Origin: Candidatus Parcubacteria bacterium
Lineage (GTDB): Bacteria > Patescibacteriota > Minisyncoccia > Phycocordibacterales > PALSA-1337
Direction: 5' to 3'
DNA length: 64,000 nt
NCBI GenBank assembly: GCA_963766795.1
Contig: CAVYBN010000004.1
Location: 11,179-75,178, forward strand
The stretch's first letter is position 1. Each line of letters opens with the position of its first letter. The notes under the pieces are model-generated. The model had not been told where the DNA came from. It saw only the letters and a list, made by a program, of their open reading frames with translations, and searched no databases. Both the position numbers and the translations under genes were made by a program. This document shows, in pieces, positions 1 through 9,426 of the stretch.

Positions 1-91
1 CCATAAAGAGGGGACAGGGTACAGTCATGATACAAATTCACTTTACACTTCTCTCTGAACCCTGTACCCTGAACCCTATACCCTAATCATC

Positions 92-536
92 ATGAAAATC
101 ATCCTACTCAAAGACATCCCCAAAGTCGGCAAACAACACGAGATCAAAGAAGTCTCCAGCGGCCATGCCATCAACTTGCTTATTCCAAGAGGCGACGCCA
201 TCGCCGCCACGCCGGAAGCCTTGAAGCGCACAGAGACGATGAGGACCAAGTCCGAGGCCGAGCGCAAGATCCGCGAAGACTTGCTGGTCAAGAATCTCAA
301 AGATCTCGACGGCACTACTCTGACCGTCTCTGGAAAAGCCAATGACAAAGGACACCTCTTCGCAGGCTTGCACAAGGATGAGATCGTCGCAGAATTATTG
401 AAACAGACCGGGCTTCAGATCAATCCGGACATGATCATGCTCGAGCATGCCGGTCAAAGAAGTCGGCGAGCACACCATTGAAGTCAAGGCGGAAGGGAAG
501 TCAGTCAAGTTCAAACTGGTCGTGACAGCTGAATAA
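92..536 (+). CDS. rplI: 50S ribosomal protein L9; reading frame broken near 446-452
   Basis: The N-terminus MKIILLKDIPKVGKQHEIKEVSSGHAINLLIPRG is canonical L9. After ...IMLEH the +1 frame continues as PVKEVGEHTIEVKAEGKSVKFKLVVTAE to a stop at 534-536. Confidence 0.85.
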
Positions 537-817
537 GGCAGAAGCAGAACATGGGGTGAGGCGGCCTGCGGAGGCGCGAAGACGGCGCATAGGGGTGTTC
601 TCTTTGCCCAGAAAATTCTAAGTCAAAACCGCATAAGCATGGTCTTATAACGAAGCGGTGCAAGGCTCGTTTGGAACGCAAAATATTGTACGACATGAAA
701 AAGGCCCTTCAGTTTTTTCGAGGAATGAATAGCCGGCTCACCATTAACTACTGAAAATCCAAGCCGTCTTTTTGGCTTTTTCCTTAAATGAGTGCCCTAA
801 AATCCTAAATAAGCAGA

Positions 818-1090
818 TCAATTCACGCTCACGATGCTTTTCCTCACGATATCATTATTGAACGAAGTCTTGCGCTTCGAGGAGAATGAGACGACGCCTT
901 CCTTCAAGGCGAACAGGGTATAGTCCTTGCCCACGCCAACGTTCCTGCCCGGAAGGCATGTCGTGCCGCGCTGGCGCACGATGATCTGGCCCGAGAGTAT
1001 CTTCTGGCCATGATTGATTTTCACGCCCAGGTATTTCGGGTTGGAATCACGCCCGTTCTTGGTTGAGCCTGTAGCTTTCTTATGGGCCAT
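818..1090 (-). CDS. rpmA: 50S ribosomal protein L27
   Basis: [24 protein letters not shown]...IIVRQRGT is the L27 signature. Confidence 0.95.
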   Translation of the reverse strand: MAHKKATGSTKNGRDSNPKYLGVKINHGQKILSGQIIVRQRGTTCLPGRNVGVGKDYTLFALKEGVVSFSSKRKTSFNNDIVRKSIVSVN

Positions 1091-1296
1091 AGTGGAAACA
1101 GCTTAACATAAGGCTATTTTTCATGCAAGAGCCAATATATGGCTTAGAATAAGGGTTTTTGAGGTGTTAAATATGGCCTTGTTGAGCCATATTCTGACAC
1201 GAGAGGTATTGACTTTAAACCCTTGACCTGCTAGACTAGTAGGTACAGAACGAGCCAATGAGCACCATGCTTGCAGGCTTGTTTTTTAATTGAAAT

Positions 1297-1759
1297 ATGA
1301 CTGAAACACTAACGGGCCTGGCTTTCCTGGTTTCCTCGCTCTACGGAGCCGGCCAACCTTCGGCAGCCGCCCAAGCGATCGCGATCCCACAGACGAGACA
1401 GGCGACTACTTCTGAAGCGACCAGCACTTTGACTGACAACGGCGATATCCGATCCTATGTCCGGACCGCTTACGCGGACGAGCCTATCCTCGTCGACATC
1501 GCGCGTTGCGAGTCGGCTTACCGCCAGTATGACTCGGACGGCAACGTCCTTCGCGGCAGAGCCAATCATGAGGACGTCGGGGTCATGCAGATCAATGAGA
1601 AGTATCATGCCAACCAAGCCAAGAAGCTGGGCTATGATATCTATACCGTAGAAGGTAAACGTGGCTTTCGCCAAATATCTCTACGCCAAGTATGGCACTC
1701 TACCGTGGAGCTCCTCGGAGGTTTGCTGGGCCGATTCAAGCGGGCTCGCCAAGAATTAA
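1297..1759 (+). CDS. Secreted transglycosylase-like (lysozyme-fold) protein; frame broken near 1655-1665
   Basis: There is a signal-like N-terminus and the motif ARCESAYRQYDSDGNVLRGRANHEDVGVMQINEKYH. After TVEG a shifted frame reads NVAFAKYLYAKYGTLPWSSSEVCWADSSGLAKN to a stop at 1757-1759, followed by a terminator. Confidence 0.7.
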
Positions 1760-1764
1760 AACAA

Positions 1765-1795
1765 AAAGCCTCATCTGTTAAGGAGAGGCTTTTTG
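1765..1795 (+). terminator. Rho-independent terminator
   Basis: The stem AAGCCTC ... GAGGCTT is followed by a T run. Confidence 0.7.
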
Positions 1796-1992
1796 CGTTC
1801 AAGCGGATGATAGCTGCAGGGCAGGGCGGTGGTCGATCGATCATTATCACCGATTTCAATCGCTGCCTTCCTTGTTCATTTCAAAGACATACCATGTCGC
1901 ACAATATATGTTGTATGACAAATAGGTTATTATGGGTTATTACAAATTAGAGGCGCATCGACCCAGCTCTACCCTGTTGGATATTTTTTCGA

Positions 1993-2295
1993 TTACTGCA
2001 CAGGCGGCGGCAATGGCGGCAGAGTCGGCGCGGACGTCGCGATATTCGTCGGCTTGCCTGCTTTCATCTGCTCGAGATTGTAAATGGCCGGATCCCAGAT
2101 CAGGTTGACGAAGACATCGTTCCAGAGGTAGCTCGCGGGCTGTTTCAGATACGTGTCCCAGACTGTGACCGTGCTGGTGGCCACATAAGTGAAGTTGTCC
2201 TGCGTCACGGGTTGTTCGACCAACGATCGCAGACTGAAGCCGAAATAGCTCAAGATAAGGAGCACGATCACAAGGATTATTATCCACTTAATCAT
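1993..2295 (-). CDS. Small membrane-anchored hypothetical protein
   Basis: A 100-aa ORF with the N-terminal TM helix MIKWIIILVIVLLILSYFGF and a Pro-rich tail. Confidence 0.55.
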   Translation of the reverse strand: MIKWIIILVIVLLILSYFGFSLRSLVEQPVTQDNFTYVATSTVTVWDTYLKQPASYLWNDVFVNLIWDPAIYNLEQMKAGKPTNIATSAPTLPPLPPPVQ

Positions 2296-2377
2296 GGAGC
2301 TATTGTACCACCTCCCTGCTGTACAGAAAGACCGGGGTGTGGACTATTAAGACGAGCGTTGTTAATCGATCAATCTG

Positions 2378-2451
2378 TGCCGGGGACCAGGATCGAACTG
2401 GTGACCTCTTCCTCTTCAGGGAAGCGCTACTACCAACTGAGCTACCCCGGC
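2378..2451 (-). tRNA. tRNA-Phe (GAA)
   Basis: The reverse complement GCCGGGGTAGCTCAGTTGGTAGTAGCGCTTCCCTGAAGAGGAAGAGGTCACCAGTTCGATCCTGGTCCCCGGCA folds as a cloverleaf. The anticodon loop is CTGAAGA, and CCA is not encoded. Confidence 0.9.
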
Positions 2452-2528
2452 TTGTTTTGATTTTTAAGCGAACCTGTAGGGGACTTCCCTGCCATTCCTT
2501 CCACCTTGTCGTCGATCGATGCTTCGCC

Positions 2529-2834
2529 TTATGGCGACTGCTGCAGTAGCTGTTTCAATTGCGCCGCGGCGTTCTCGACGGAAGTCGGGTTGACCTCGGT
2601 GGTGATGTTGCCGCCGGAGCTTCCGCCGCCGATGAGACCGGTCAAGACGTTGAAATAAGGCTGGATCAGGTAATACGCTCCGAAGCTCAAAGCGATGATG
2701 ACGACCCAATAAGCTATGCGCATGGCCGTAGAGACGCGGTTCGAACGGCGCAATCCTAGGAGAAGAGCGTTGTTCTCCTGCGCGAGCTTCAAGGTGCGTT
2801 CGAGCAATGATTTTTCCTCTGGCGTCATCGGCAA
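2529..2834 (-). CDS. Small membrane hypothetical protein
   Basis: A 101-aa ORF with a central TM segment (IAYWVVIIALSFGAYYLI) and a Gly-rich region. Confidence 0.5.
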   Translation of the reverse strand: MPMTPEEKSLLERTLKLAQENNALLLGLRRSNRVSTAMRIAYWVVIIALSFGAYYLIQPYFNVLTGLIGGGSSGGNITTEVNPTSVENAAAQLKQLLQQSP

Positions 2835-2896
2835 TCAGTCTAGCAGAAAATCCGTTTGGCCGCAAAATGCCATTTTTGTGGTATATTCACGTCATC

Positions 2897-2971
2897 GCCC
2901 CCGTAGTTCAACGGATAGAATAGCTCACTCCTAACGAGCTGATCCAAGTCCAATTCTTGGCGGGGGCACCA
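2897..2971 (+). tRNA. tRNA-Arg (CCT), CCA encoded
   Basis: Acceptor stem GCCCCCG/CGGGGGC, anticodon loop CTCCTAA, T stem CCAAG/CTTGG. The T loop TCCAATT is atypical, with C at the position normally U55. Confidence 0.8.
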
Positions 2972-3046
2972 GATACCAAAACTTTCTTTATGATGTTATT
3001 ATATTTGTAGTTAAAGAAAAGCCTTACAATCAATAATTTTAATGCC

Positions 3047-3451
3047 ATGCCAAAGAAAAAAATCGTTATCTGCGCAAGCGCATCTTTCGAAACAGAGATA
3101 ATGGATTTGAAAGACAGACTAAAGAAAGATGGTTTTGAAGTTATTAAATACCCCACAAAAATAAAAGGTGACCTTAGTAAGGGATATGGAAAAGAGTTCC
3201 CTGAACATTATAATGCTATTACGAAAACAGATATACTGTTAGTGCTTAATTTAGACAAAAAAGGCGTACCTGGTTATATAGGTTCCGGAGTATTTGCTGA
3301 AATGGCTTTTGCAATAGGCTTAAATAAAGTTTTTAATAAGAAGATAGAAGTTTGCTATTTGTTTGATCTCCCTCCTGAAAGGAGTTTACCTTATTCTGAC
3401 GAATTGAAACTATGGGAGGATCTTGGCTGGATAAAAATTTTTAAGAAATAA
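3047..3451 (+). CDS. Nucleoside 2-deoxyribosyltransferase-like protein
   Basis: A 134-aa ORF in an AT-rich block. The pattern KKIVICASASF ... TDILLVLN ... GYIGSGVFAEMAFAIGL fits the NDT-like Rossmann family. Confidence 0.45.
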   Translation: MPKKKIVICASASFETEIMDLKDRLKKDGFEVIKYPTKIKGDLSKGYGKEFPEHYNAITKTDILLVLNLDKKGVPGYIGSGVFAEMAFAIGLNKVFNKKIEVCYLFDLPPERSLPYSDELKLWEDLGWIKIFKK

Positions 3452-3480
3452 AAGCCGTCTTGCTAGGTACGGCTTTTTTG
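3451..3480. terminator. Bidirectional hairpin terminator between convergent genes
   Basis: The stem AGCCGT ... ACGGCT is flanked by an A run and a T run. Confidence 0.65.
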
Positions 3481-3481
3481 T

Positions 3482-4789
3482 TCATAAAGAATCCTTTTGC
3501 CAATTGTCGGCGATGAATTTCTCAAGCTCTTTGTAAGCACTCTCCATTCGTTTGAAATCATCCACGCTACCCCACCAATGATGATTATTATTGTAGATAT
3601 GGAATTTACTCCAATCATGGATGTGCTCGGGTATATGCAAGTCGAAGGATTTTGCCTCTCTGAAAACATATGATCCCGGTAAAGGCGCGAACCTGAACAG
3701 AGAAACCCTTTCAACCATAGGTGCGATCTCCTTAAGAAGAGAGATCGTATCTTTTGTGCTAGCCAAATCTTCGCCAGGAAAGCCATGAATAAGGAAAATC
3801 TTGACTTTGATCCCTACAGAGTAAGATAGAGTGATAGCTTGCCGAATCTGATTACATGAGATATTTTTGCCCATAATCCGCAACATCCGCTCGCTTCCAG
3901 ACTCAACTCCGAATTTGAGTTCAATGCACCCTGCGTCACACATAATTTCGAGCAACTCATGATCAACCGTATCTATTCTAGAAAGGGCCGACCATTGCAA
4001 TCTGAGGTCCTTTATTGATTCACAAACGCTTTTTACCGCATTTTTATTGACAACAAAATTGTCGTCAACAACTGCGAAGCCTTCAATGTGATATCTCTGC
4101 TTCAGATGCTCAAGTTCCATTCTAATGTTGATACTGGAACGGTATTGAATCCTTTTTTGCAGAACCGCGCAAAAATGACAAGCGAATGGACATCCCCGGC
4201 TTAACATTACATGAGTCATTCGAGTGTCCGTGTTAGCTAGACGATTGTTCATGATGAAATCTGGTTCATCGAGCAAATGTCTGGCTGGTAAGGGAATCCA
4301 GTCGATTGACTTTTCGATTGGACGCTTCGGGGTGGTGATAACTGAGTGCTTATCCACAAAACACACACCGCTGATTTTGGAGAAATCTTTAGTGTTATGT
4401 GCACGAGTTATCTCGATGATTGTTCTTTCACCGCTTCCAATTCCGACTACATCTGCTTGAAGATCAGCAAGCGTTTCTTCTGGGAAGAAGCTCGGGTGTA
4501 CCCCACCGACTGCAACAATCTGCTTATCAGAATACACGCTCGAAAATCTTGACTCTCTTACGATCCCGTATGTCGCAGAAGATGGAATACTGAAGCCAAT
4601 AATGTCATATTCGCGAAAATCACATCGCATACTGCTTTTATTGATCTTAAAGATTTTGGCCTTGATGCCATTTTCTTCAAGAATAGCAGCAAGATACAAA
4701 ACACCGAACGGAGAGAACTCTTTTCTTTTTTCTTTGTAATGAGCAAGATCGTAAACTTCAGGATAAACTAGGGCAACTTTCATAGTCAC
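3482..4789 (-). CDS. B12-binding-domain radical SAM protein (class B)
   Basis: The N-terminal Rossmann-like region (KVALVYP...GVLYLAAILEENG) is followed by the Cx3Cx2C motif SRGCPFACHFCA. Confidence 0.75.
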   Translation of the reverse strand: MTMKVALVYPEVYDLAHYKEKRKEFSPFGVLYLAAILEENGIKAKIFKINKSSMRCDFREYDIIGFSIPSSATYGIVRESRFSSVYSDKQIVAVGGVHPSFFPEETLADLQADVVGIGSGERTIIEITRAHNTKDFSKISGVCFVDKHSVITTPKRPIEKSIDWIPLPARHLLDEPDFIMNNRLANTDTRMTHVMLSRGCPFACHFCAVLQKRIQYRSSINIRMELEHLKQRYHIEGFAVVDDNFVVNKNAVKSVCESIKDLRLQWSALSRIDTVDHELLEIMCDAGCIELKFGVESGSERMLRIMGKNISCNQIRQAITLSYSVGIKVKIFLIHGFPGEDLASTKDTISLLKEIAPMVERVSLFRFAPLPGSYVFREAKSFDLHIPEHIHDWSKFHIYNNNHHWWGSVDDFKRMESAYKELEKFIADNWQKDSL

Positions 4790-4936
4790 TCCTTTCTTTT
4801 AGTTTTAAATAGTTTTAACACAGGAAAATATCAAAGAACCTTTAAATGTAAACTAACATATTTTTAGGATATTGTATACGTAGCCAATGTAACAGCTCAA
4901 TCTCCACTCTCGCCCGCCTTCCCTGTTTTCTCGAAC

Positions 4937-5872
4937 TCATGCAAGCGCCTCGATGATCGGCCCCAGCTTCCCTTCCAGGATGGCCGGCAGATTGTGCCAT
5001 GATTCCTTGATGCGGTGGTCGGTGATGCGGTCCTGCGGGAAATTGTAGGTGCGGATCTTCTCGGAACGGTCGCCGGTGCCGATCTGGCCGACGCGCATGG
5101 CCGCGAATTTCTTCATGTCCTCTTCGGCTTTGATGGCCTCGAGCTTGGCCGCCAAGACCACGAAGGCACGCTCTTTGTTGGCATTCTGGCTGCGCTCGGT
5201 CGAGGACCGGATCATGATATTCGAAGGCTTGTGGAAAAGGCGCACTGCCGTCTCAACCTTGTTGACGTTCTGGCCGCCTTTGCCACCGGAGCGCGTAAAT
5301 TCGACCGTGATGTCCTTCGGATCGATGACGATCTTAGACTTCTTGCGGATGGGCATGATGGCCACGGAAGCAGTCGAGGTGTGGATGCGGCCGGACTTCT
5401 CGGTCTCCGGCACGCGCTGGACGCGGTGCACGCCTGTTTCCCAGCGCAGGTCATCGTAGACGCCCATACCTTTGATTTCCATCGAGGCTTCTTTGCAGCC
5501 GCCAAGGTCATTCTTGGATTCGTCGATGACCTTGGCCGACCAGCCTTTCGATTCGGCGTATCTCTTGTACATGTCCAGAAGCTCTGACGCGAATAGGGCC
5601 GCCTCGTCGCCGCCGGCGCCCGCCCGGACTTCCAAGATGATCTCATTCGGCTTCTCGTCCTCTTCTTTTTCGCCAGCCAAAATGCCGTCCATCTGCTCTT
5701 GCATAGATTTCTTCTGCTCAAGAATCGAGACTAGCTCATGCTCGGCCATCTCTTTCATGCCCGGATCTTTTTCGATCATCGCACGCGTTTCCGCTTCGTC
5801 TTTGAGCAGCTTCTCAAAAAGGCTAGCTAGGAAAGCGGTCTTCGGGTTGTTTTTGTAGGTTTCTAAGTCCAT
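4937..5872 (-). CDS. prfA: Peptide chain release factor 1
   Basis: Carries the GGQ motif ([11 protein letters not shown]) and a PxT-type codon-recognition motif ([15 protein letters not shown]). Confidence 0.9.
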   Translation of the reverse strand: MDLETYKNNPKTAFLASLFEKLLKDEAETRAMIEKDPGMKEMAEHELVSILEQKKSMQEQMDGILAGEKEEDEKPNEIILEVRAGAGGDEAALFASELLDMYKRYAESKGWSAKVIDESKNDLGGCKEASMEIKGMGVYDDLRWETGVHRVQRVPETEKSGRIHTSTASVAIMPIRKKSKIVIDPKDITVEFTRSGGKGGQNVNKVETAVRLFHKPSNIMIRSSTERSQNANKERAFVVLAAKLEAIKAEEDMKKFAAMRVGQIGTGDRSEKIRTYNFPQDRITDHRIKESWHNLPAILEGKLGPIIEALA

Positions 5873-5889
5873 AGAAGTAAGCTATGTAA

Positions 5890-6003
5890 GTATAACGTTA
5901 GCCGCTTCCGCAGGCGAGAACGGTTTTCCGAGCCGAGCCGCAATTCTGCCGAAAGGCAGAGCGGCTCGAACGGAAAAACCGTTGTCGCCGGAAGGAAGCG
6001 GTG
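5890..6003. repeat. Long (about 110 nt) near-perfect inverted repeat / hairpin between rpmE and prfA
   Basis: The helices CCGCTTCC/GGAAGCGG, GGCGA/TCGCC, AACGGTTTTCCG/CGGAAAAACCGTT, CGAGCCGC/GCGGCTCG and CTGCC-GAAA-GGCAG stack into one stem. Confidence 0.7.
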
Positions 6004-6009
6004 ATGTAG

Positions 6010-6270
6010 TTACTTCTTGGCCTTCGCCTTCGACATGCGCGTCTTGAACTTCTCCACGCGGCCGGCCGTGTCTATCGTCTTGTCCTGCTTCGTATAGAAA
6101 GGATGCGAAGCGCTCGAGATCTCGACGTGATGCACCGGATAGTCCTTGCCGTCAGTCCATTTCTCGGTCTCCTTGGCCTCGATGGTCGAAGATATCAGGA
6201 ATTTAGCGCCGCTCGAATTGTCGGCGAAAATGACCGGGCGGTAATTCTGCGGATGGATGTCTTTCTTCAT
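6010..6270 (-). CDS. rpmE: 50S ribosomal protein L31 (type B, no CxxC zinc motif)
   Basis: [15 protein letters not shown] ... [20 protein letters not shown]. Confidence 0.9.
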   Translation of the reverse strand: MKKDIHPQNYRPVIFADNSSGAKFLISSTIEAKETEKWTDGKDYPVHHVEISSASHPFYTKQDKTIDTAGRVEKFKTRMSKAKAKK

Positions 6271-6310
6271 AGTTTCACTAAATTATCATAGATTGGTATA
6301 ATAAGCAACT

Positions 6311-7483
6311 ATGAATACGCCTCGAGTGCCGAAGAGCCATATGGTCTACACGATAGCCGTCATCGGCTTCATCTACACGCTCCACTTGGTCATCCCCATG
6401 TACTCGAATTCGAGCTTTCTTAGCCTGTTCGCAGACGAACAGACCGTCGGATTCATCTACATGATCGGCGCGGCCGTCTCCATCCTAGGCTTCCTTCTGG
6501 CACCGACCGTCATCCGCAGGCTCGGCAATTATACGACCACCTTATGGCTGGTGGTCATCCAGATCATCCTCTTTTACGGACTTTTGGCCACGAATGATCC
6601 CTACATCATCGCCGGCATATTCATCCTGCAGACCGCCGTCATCTCTCTCATCGGCCTCTCCCTAGACATATTCCTGGAAGTCTACACTGACGGCCAATCA
6701 GTCGGCGCGGTGCGAGGCCTTTACACGGCGACCTTGAACGCTTCGTGGGTGGTGGCGCCATTGATCGGCTCGATGCTCATCAACGGCACGAATAACTATC
6801 GCAACACTTACGTCGCCGCTCTGGCCATGCTCCTGCCATTGCTCTATCTCATATATCGGAACTTCCCGCGATTCAAGGACCCGAACTACATGCATCTCTC
6901 GCCGTGGCAGCTGGCCAAGCACGTGTCCGCGAATCGCAACTGGGTCAGTCTGTTCTTCGCCAACCTGATCCTGCAGGTCTTCTACGCCTGGATGGTCGTC
7001 TACAGCCCGATCTATCTGAACAAAGTGATAGGTTTCAGCTGGGAGTCGATCGGCATCATCTTGGTGGTCATGCTCATCCCCTTCCCTCTCATCCAATATC
7101 CGCTGGGCAAGCTGGCCGACAAGAAGTACGGCGAGAAGGAGATCATGGCGCTGGGTTTCGCCGTCATGGGCCTCTCGACCATAGCTCTGGCCTTCATCAC
7201 CTCGAACAGCGTCTTCGTATGGGCGGCAGTCTTGTTCGTGACCAGGATCGGCGCGGCTGCGGCAGAAGTCATGATGGAGGCCTATTTCTTCAAGACCGTC
7301 TCGCCGCGCGACTCCGCGGCGCTCGGCATCTTCCGCATCACCCGCCCGCTCTCGTATCTCTTCGCGCCTCTGGTGACCGTGGTCGGCCTCTTATTCACGA
7401 CCAATGAATATCTGTTCGTTATCATCGGCGCCATTTCCCTGCTCGCGCTGTGGCCGACCTTGATGATCAAGGATACCAATTAG
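6311..7483 (+). CDS. MFS-type transporter
   Basis: A 390-aa polytopic membrane protein with about 12 hydrophobic segments. Confidence 0.7.
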   Translation: MNTPRVPKSHMVYTIAVIGFIYTLHLVIPMYSNSSFLSLFADEQTVGFIYMIGAAVSILGFLLAPTVIRRLGNYTTTLWLVVIQIILFYGLLATNDPYIIAGIFILQTAVISLIGLSLDIFLEVYTDGQSVGAVRGLYTATLNASWVVAPLIGSMLINGTNNYRNTYVAALAMLLPLLYLIYRNFPRFKDPNYMHLSPWQLAKHVSANRNWVSLFFANLILQVFYAWMVVYSPIYLNKVIGFSWESIGIILVVMLIPFPLIQYPLGKLADKKYGEKEIMALGFAVMGLSTIALAFITSNSVFVWAAVLFVTRIGAAAAEVMMEAYFFKTVSPRDSAALGIFRITRPLSYLFAPLVTVVGLLFTTNEYLFVIIGAISLLALWPTLMIKDTN

Positions 7484-7650
7484 CAGGAAATTGGAAATGT
7501 AACTGATTATGAGAGGAAATTCTTTGCGACAGAGACAGACAGTTGAAATTTATGCTAAATATGCTAGTCTAATACTAGACCCATTTGGGGAGAACCTATG
7601 ACAAAATGACTCATAGGCTCGTTAATACGGAAAGAGTATGGAGTAAATTT

Positions 7651-7815
7651 ATGGATTCAAACTCTCAAGCGGTAGATGCCGTCCCATTCATGTTCAGATT
7701 TTTTGAGACCGTTCAGGTACCCAAGATCTCACCCGAATGCTCGATGGCAACCCAGTATACGACAAGCTCGGGTGGACGCGAGACCGAGTACGACGACGAT
7801 CCCGATCCGGAGTGA
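7651..7815 (+). CDS. Candidate graspetide (omega-ester peptide) precursor
   Basis: The 54-aa peptide MDSNSQAVDAVPFMFRFFETVQVPKISPECSMATQYTTSSGGRETEYDDDPDPE has GGAG 7 nt upstream of the ATG. Its leader motif PFMFRFF resembles the microviridin PFFARFL. The C-terminus is rich in Thr/Ser and Asp/Glu, and a terminator follows. Confidence 0.6.
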   Translation: MDSNSQAVDAVPFMFRFFETVQVPKISPECSMATQYTTSSGGRETEYDDDPDPE

Positions 7816-7843
7816 TTGCACAAGTCACAACCGCGGGATAACA

Positions 7844-7872
7844 CACCCCATCTTTCAGGTGGGGCCTTTTTT
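7844..7872 (+). terminator. Rho-independent terminator after the precursor ORF
   Basis: The stem CCCCA ... TGGGG is followed by CCTTTTTT. Confidence 0.6.
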
Positions 7873-7901
7873 AACATCTGAATTTATGGTAGATTCAGAC
7901 T

Positions 7902-8438
7902 ATGGAAACGGTATTACTAAAAATCGGATATGCTTTTACTGACATAATCGAAAAGAGAGAGACCTTTTTTGCCAGAAGACTGTGGCGAATAATCCTTATC
8001 TGTTATTTTATATCCCTTTCAAAAATCTTAAAAAGACGCAAATTCGATTTGTATCTAAGGATTGGCACATTATATTCAAATCTTAAAAGATATGGAAGTG
8101 CGTCATCTTATTATGGCAAAGCATCGATTCTTGCAAAAGATAATGCTGATGAAGTCCGGGTGAATATATGCCTAGGCAATCTAGCATTTTCAAAAAAATC
8201 ATATGCAGAGGCACTTGAACGCTATCGCGAATCATTAACTACAGCACGATACAAGACAACCATTTTATCTGATATCGCTTACACATATGAGGCCATGAGG
8301 GAATACAAAATGGCCATGGAATATGCTGAGCGATCTATTGAAACTTCTAGAAAGGAAACCGATTTGAACCATACGATACCGCCCGAAGAAAATGTTAAGG
8401 CGCTTATTGTCCGTTTAAAAGAAAAACTACCGGAATAA
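7902..8438 (+). CDS. TPR-repeat protein with an N-terminal hydrophobic segment
   Basis: 178 aa with repeated A..Y..A motifs (YGKASILAKDN, YAEALERYRESL, YKMAMEYAERSI). Confidence 0.55.
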   Translation: METVLLKIGYAFTDIIEKRETFFARRLWRIILICYFISLSKILKRRKFDLYLRIGTLYSNLKRYGSASSYYGKASILAKDNADEVRVNICLGNLAFSKKSYAEALERYRESLTTARYKTTILSDIAYTYEAMREYKMAMEYAERSIETSRKETDLNHTIPPEENVKALIVRLKEKLPE

Positions 8439-8460
8439 CCCGGTAGTGGCGATAAGAAGA

Positions 8461-9426
8461 TTATTTAAGCGAACGGCTCTGCAGAGCGTCTACCAATGCA
8501 TCCGTGATTTGAAGACCGGCATAATGCTCGATCCAGACCCACTGACTATTCGGGTTCATCTCGAAAAATACATAGTCTCCGGACGGAGTCACGGCGAAGT
8601 CGAATGATGCAAAGTGAATTCCAAAGGAATTCATGAACTCTATGACCTTGTGTCGAATCTCAGATGGAATAGAGATTGCTGAATGTGGAACATGCTCAAA
8701 ATCATACTTCCTCCAATCAATCTGAGTTTTCTGACTTCGTTGCGAATCGATCCTGCAGGCGAATATCAAATCATCGACTACGGTTATCCGCAATTCGAAT
8801 TCTTTTTTAATTTCTTCCTGCAAGATCATAGGGACTGCCCTGATCGATGACGATTCTGGAGCCATATTTTTCGCTAAGAGCGATGTGTATATAGCCCCAA
8901 ATGATTTTCCCTGCTTAATGATCTTGCCGAAACCGCCAAGAGTCTTGGCGATGACTGATTCATGCTTCTGTCTGAAGAGCTCGAACTCATCTGGGCTTGA
9001 GGTGATGAGGGTATCCGGAATATTGAACCCCATGTCTTTAGCGCGCTTGAGTTGAAGCATTTTATTGCCAGCCAGTCTCAAAGATGAAGCGCTATCGAGA
9101 ACTTTCGCGACTGGCAGTTGATTCAACCACCATTCCCAACACAATTTCCATTCTTGCGTCAGATAGTCAGAGATCAGTTGATTGTCATGTTTGATAGGGC
9201 GGCGAGGAACCCGACGTTGCCATACAGCTCCGATCTGATCGAGAGAAATCTCAGTGCATCCATCTGAGAGCGACCAATTATTTTTTTCCATGGGCCGGAA
9301 TGAGAAAAACCCCATTTTTCTAACCTCATCGAGGTTTATCCTCTTGTATGCCAATTGCCTTAATGTTAGTTTCTTTATGACGAAATCGGCACTTGAGTCT
9401 TCTTTACATGTAAGTATCAATATCAT
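8461..9426 (-). CDS. ATP-grasp RiPP maturase (MdnB/MdnC-like graspetide ligase)
   Basis: The N-terminus MILILTCKEDSSADFVIKKL, the motif QIDWRKYD and the C-terminal FFEMNPNSQWVWIE are typical of microviridin-type ATP-grasp ligases. Confidence 0.7.
   Translation of the reverse strand: MILILTCKEDSSADFVIKKLTLRQLAYKRINLDEVRKMGFFSFRPMEKNNWSLSDGCTEISLDQIGAVWQRRVPRRPIKHDNQLISDYLTQEWKLCWEWWLNQLPVAKVLDSASSLRLAGNKMLQLKRAKDMGFNIPDTLITSSPDEFELFRQKHESVIAKTLGGFGKIIKQGKSFGAIYTSLLAKNMAPESSSIRAVPMILQEEIKKEFELRITVVDDLIFACRIDSQRSQKTQIDWRKYDFEHVPHSAISIPSEIRHKVIEFMNSFGIHFASFDFAVTPSGDYVFFEMNPNSQWVWIEHYAGLQITDALVDALQSRSLK

Noticed and set aside
5015-5721. Long ORFs antisense to, or out of frame with, prfA (190, 136 and 169 aa). 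Similar shadow ORFs occur opposite the ABC transporter, the GCS2 fusion, ftsI, rsmH, the LamG gene and the repeat gene.
   Set aside because: They have low-complexity Arg/Ala/Ser/Pro-rich compositions typical of shadow frames in GC-rich coding DNA, and each overlaps a well-supported gene.
5890-6003. The long hairpin with a GAAA tetraloop, considered as a 4.5S/SRP RNA.
   Set aside because: It lacks the conserved domain IV internal-loop sequences (the GGAA/AGCA-type motifs, ...GUCCGGAAGGAAGCAGCC...). The GGAAGGAAGCGG at its 3' end is only part of the basal helix.
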